NCBI RefSeq assembly: GCF_021028975.2
Contig: NC_059436.1
Location: forward strand, 25,916,001-25,980,000
DNA from: Sphaerodactylus townsendi
Taxonomy: Eukaryota
Reading direction: 5' to 3'
Length of the DNA stretch: 64,000 bases
Position 1 is the stretch's first letter, and every line of letters begins with the position of its first letter. A model generated the notes under the pieces. It did not search any database and had not been told where the DNA came from. It saw only the letters and a program-made list of their open reading frames with translations. Both the position numbers and the translations under genes were made by a program. Below, piece by piece: positions 61,942 to 64,000 of the stretch.

Positions 61942-64000
61942 GGGCAGAGGAGTAAATAGTGTTTTAATGTATTTTGTATTTTTTTACCTTTTGAAACTCT
62001 GATTCAAAGAGTTCAGTCTACAGCAAACGTCCCAGGCTTTGGATTCTGGTGGTTTGTGCCGTGCAGAGGAGAGATTTGGCCCCAGAGCTGTTGGGGAACC
62101 GTCTCCCTTTTCCTTTCCAGAAAGAAGTTGCTGAGAGGGTGTTGGGGTGGATGTTTATTTCTTCATTGGTTCCTTGCTTATTCCCCAGTGGAGACCCAAA
62201 GGGGCTCACAGCAAATTCTTGAAGCCCCAGGGCTTGTATTATGGGCTGTTTTTTCTTTGCACCCTCACAACAGAGTTGTGACCCTCTTTTCTGTCTCGTA
62301 CTGATCACTGGGTGCAGCTTCTGTCTGAAACAGAGATCTTATTTGCATTTCTGAGTCATGTTCTGCTGTGGCCGTGAAAATTGGTGATACCAGCAGAATC
62401 GCCTGCTGCCGTATGTCACTTAATGTCCATTGGATTAGCTGCTTTTGCTCTGTGCGTTCGACTGCCTGATGCGCCAGACGTGCGGTGTGCCCAGGCGTGG
62501 AGATTTTTCCTCGTTTCTTCCTTTTAGGTTGCAGTTGTGTTTGCACACCGCTCTGGCTGCAGCATCGGCAGTTGCGGCCGGAGTCTAGGTACTGTTCGTT
62601 TTTGCCATGTGGGGACAAACCCAAAGGGAAAGTCCCTTCAGGGTTATGGTCATCTTCTCCAGCTGGACGATGGCATCATCGCCTTGAGTAGACTTCCCAG
62701 CGACCAAATGGAAGGGAGAGGTGCAGCTGGGTTTTAGTTTGATCTGTCTCCTGTAGGTTGTCAGGTTGGCGTTTGGCCTCTGATCTATTGTGGCTGAGAG
62801 GAATTAGTCTTGAAGATGGTCACTGTCTCTTTGGTGAACCTTGAGTGTCTGGAGCGGACATCAGGATTTGGATGAGGGGATGTTCTGCCTACGCGGAGGG
62901 TGGAGTCAGGTGGGTGCCTGTGTAGAAATGAAATAGCTTCACGCTGAGAAGGACAAAGGCAAGCAGAGAGCCACTGCTGTGAGCTGGCTGACACTGTGTG
63001 TGTGTGTGCGCAGATGCATGATCTCTCCCCCCGCTCAGAAACCTGATTTGCTGCCCTGTAGGGGTGCTTCATTGCCTATACCTGATCTCTACCTGTATAT
63101 TTGTCAATAAAGCAAGTTTCCTAAAAGTGCTGCATGTCTCCAGTGGGGTCTTCTTCAAAGGGCCCTGACCTAGGAAGTCCCTCCCCCTTGGAGGACTTGT
63201 ATGTCCCGGAATTGGCCAGCAGGGAAGACCTGAATGTGCCCCCCCCCCCCCGAGAGTGCCCTGCTTGCAAGCCCTCCTTTGTCACGTCCGGTTGGCCACT
63301 GTCTGAAACAGGATGTTGGACTTAGATGGCCCCTCCCTGGACTGCGCCAGCAAAGCTCTTCCGGGGTTCTTCTGAGCTGCAGGCTGCCACCGTGGAACAG
63401 GGGCCCCTTCTGACCCTCTTCTCCCTACGTGCTCTTGGGGGGAAAGTGCACCAGGGGAGGCTGGAGGTGTGAGGACCAGGAGGAAGTCGGCCTCAGCCGA
63501 GAGTTAGGGATGAAGAAAAATCCTTTTTGGACTGTTTTACCCAAGGAAGGCCATGAGTGCAACCACCCCCCACCGCCATCGATGCCACCTGTGATGAGCT
63601 TGTTGTGCACCTCCTCTGGCCTAAGCGTTGAGCAGCCAGTGCCCATCCGGTCTTCTCTGATGCAGGCCTGAAATCCTCCAGAGAGGTCTCCTGTTTGCCA
63701 AGGCTCACCAGTCGGGTCCCATGGGACCTGGTCCAGAGTGCTCTGGCTGCATCTCGACGGGCGGCTTCGTGGCTGTCCTGGGGCATCCCTTCTCTTGAGG
63801 AGGGGCTTCACTGTGGTGCTGCTTGACTGAGAGTCATCCCATGCCGACCAGTTTGGGTAGCAGCTGCTTTGTCTGGGGAACTGATGGGGTGCCGAATTCT
63901 GTGGCGAAATGACCTGCTGGGGGTGGGGGTTGCATGGGATGCTCTTCGGGGTGCCTCTCCTTTTGGCCCTGCCAACCTTGCATGGTGGACCCAGCAGAAC

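Noticed and set aside
34938-64000. Arthropod-style arrays of alternative Dscam Ig exons
   Set aside because: No additional Ig-like exons seen in the ORF track or by eye; consistent with one long vertebrate intron 3

Overview
This is vertebrate genomic DNA, almost certainly a squamate and most likely a gecko, judged from Squam3-type SINEs with (TTC)n tails, CR1 LINEs ending in (TTCTTATG)n and Penelope-like fragments. The only host protein-coding gene I can support is the 5' end of DSCAML1 on the + strand. It has a CpG-island promoter (~17.2-20.0 kb), signal-peptide exon 1 (ATG 18689), exon 2 (31294-31611, Ig domain 1) and exon 3 (34791-34937). All junctions are canonical GT-AG phase 1; the rest of the window is intron 3. 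Non-coding DNA is dense in transposons: a near-full-length CR1 and several young 3' copies, L2, L1, RTE, SINEs, a solo LTR nested in a SINE, Penelope-like fragments with hammerhead ribozyme cores, and at least nine non-autonomous hAT elements, most with 8-bp target-site duplications (TSDs), one resembling the horizontally transferred OC1. Almost all other ORFs in the track are spurious. I cannot demonstrate a wholly new biological system. The best leads are palindromic MITEs sharing an ACTACAATTCCCA core under different hAT termini, an overlapping out-of-frame uORF and in-frame CUG at the DSCAML1 start, a direct repeat bracketing exon 2, intronic fold-back structures, and complementary-decayed hammerhead copies. 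Repeat-family names come from recalled consensus sequences and need a Dfam/Repbase check.
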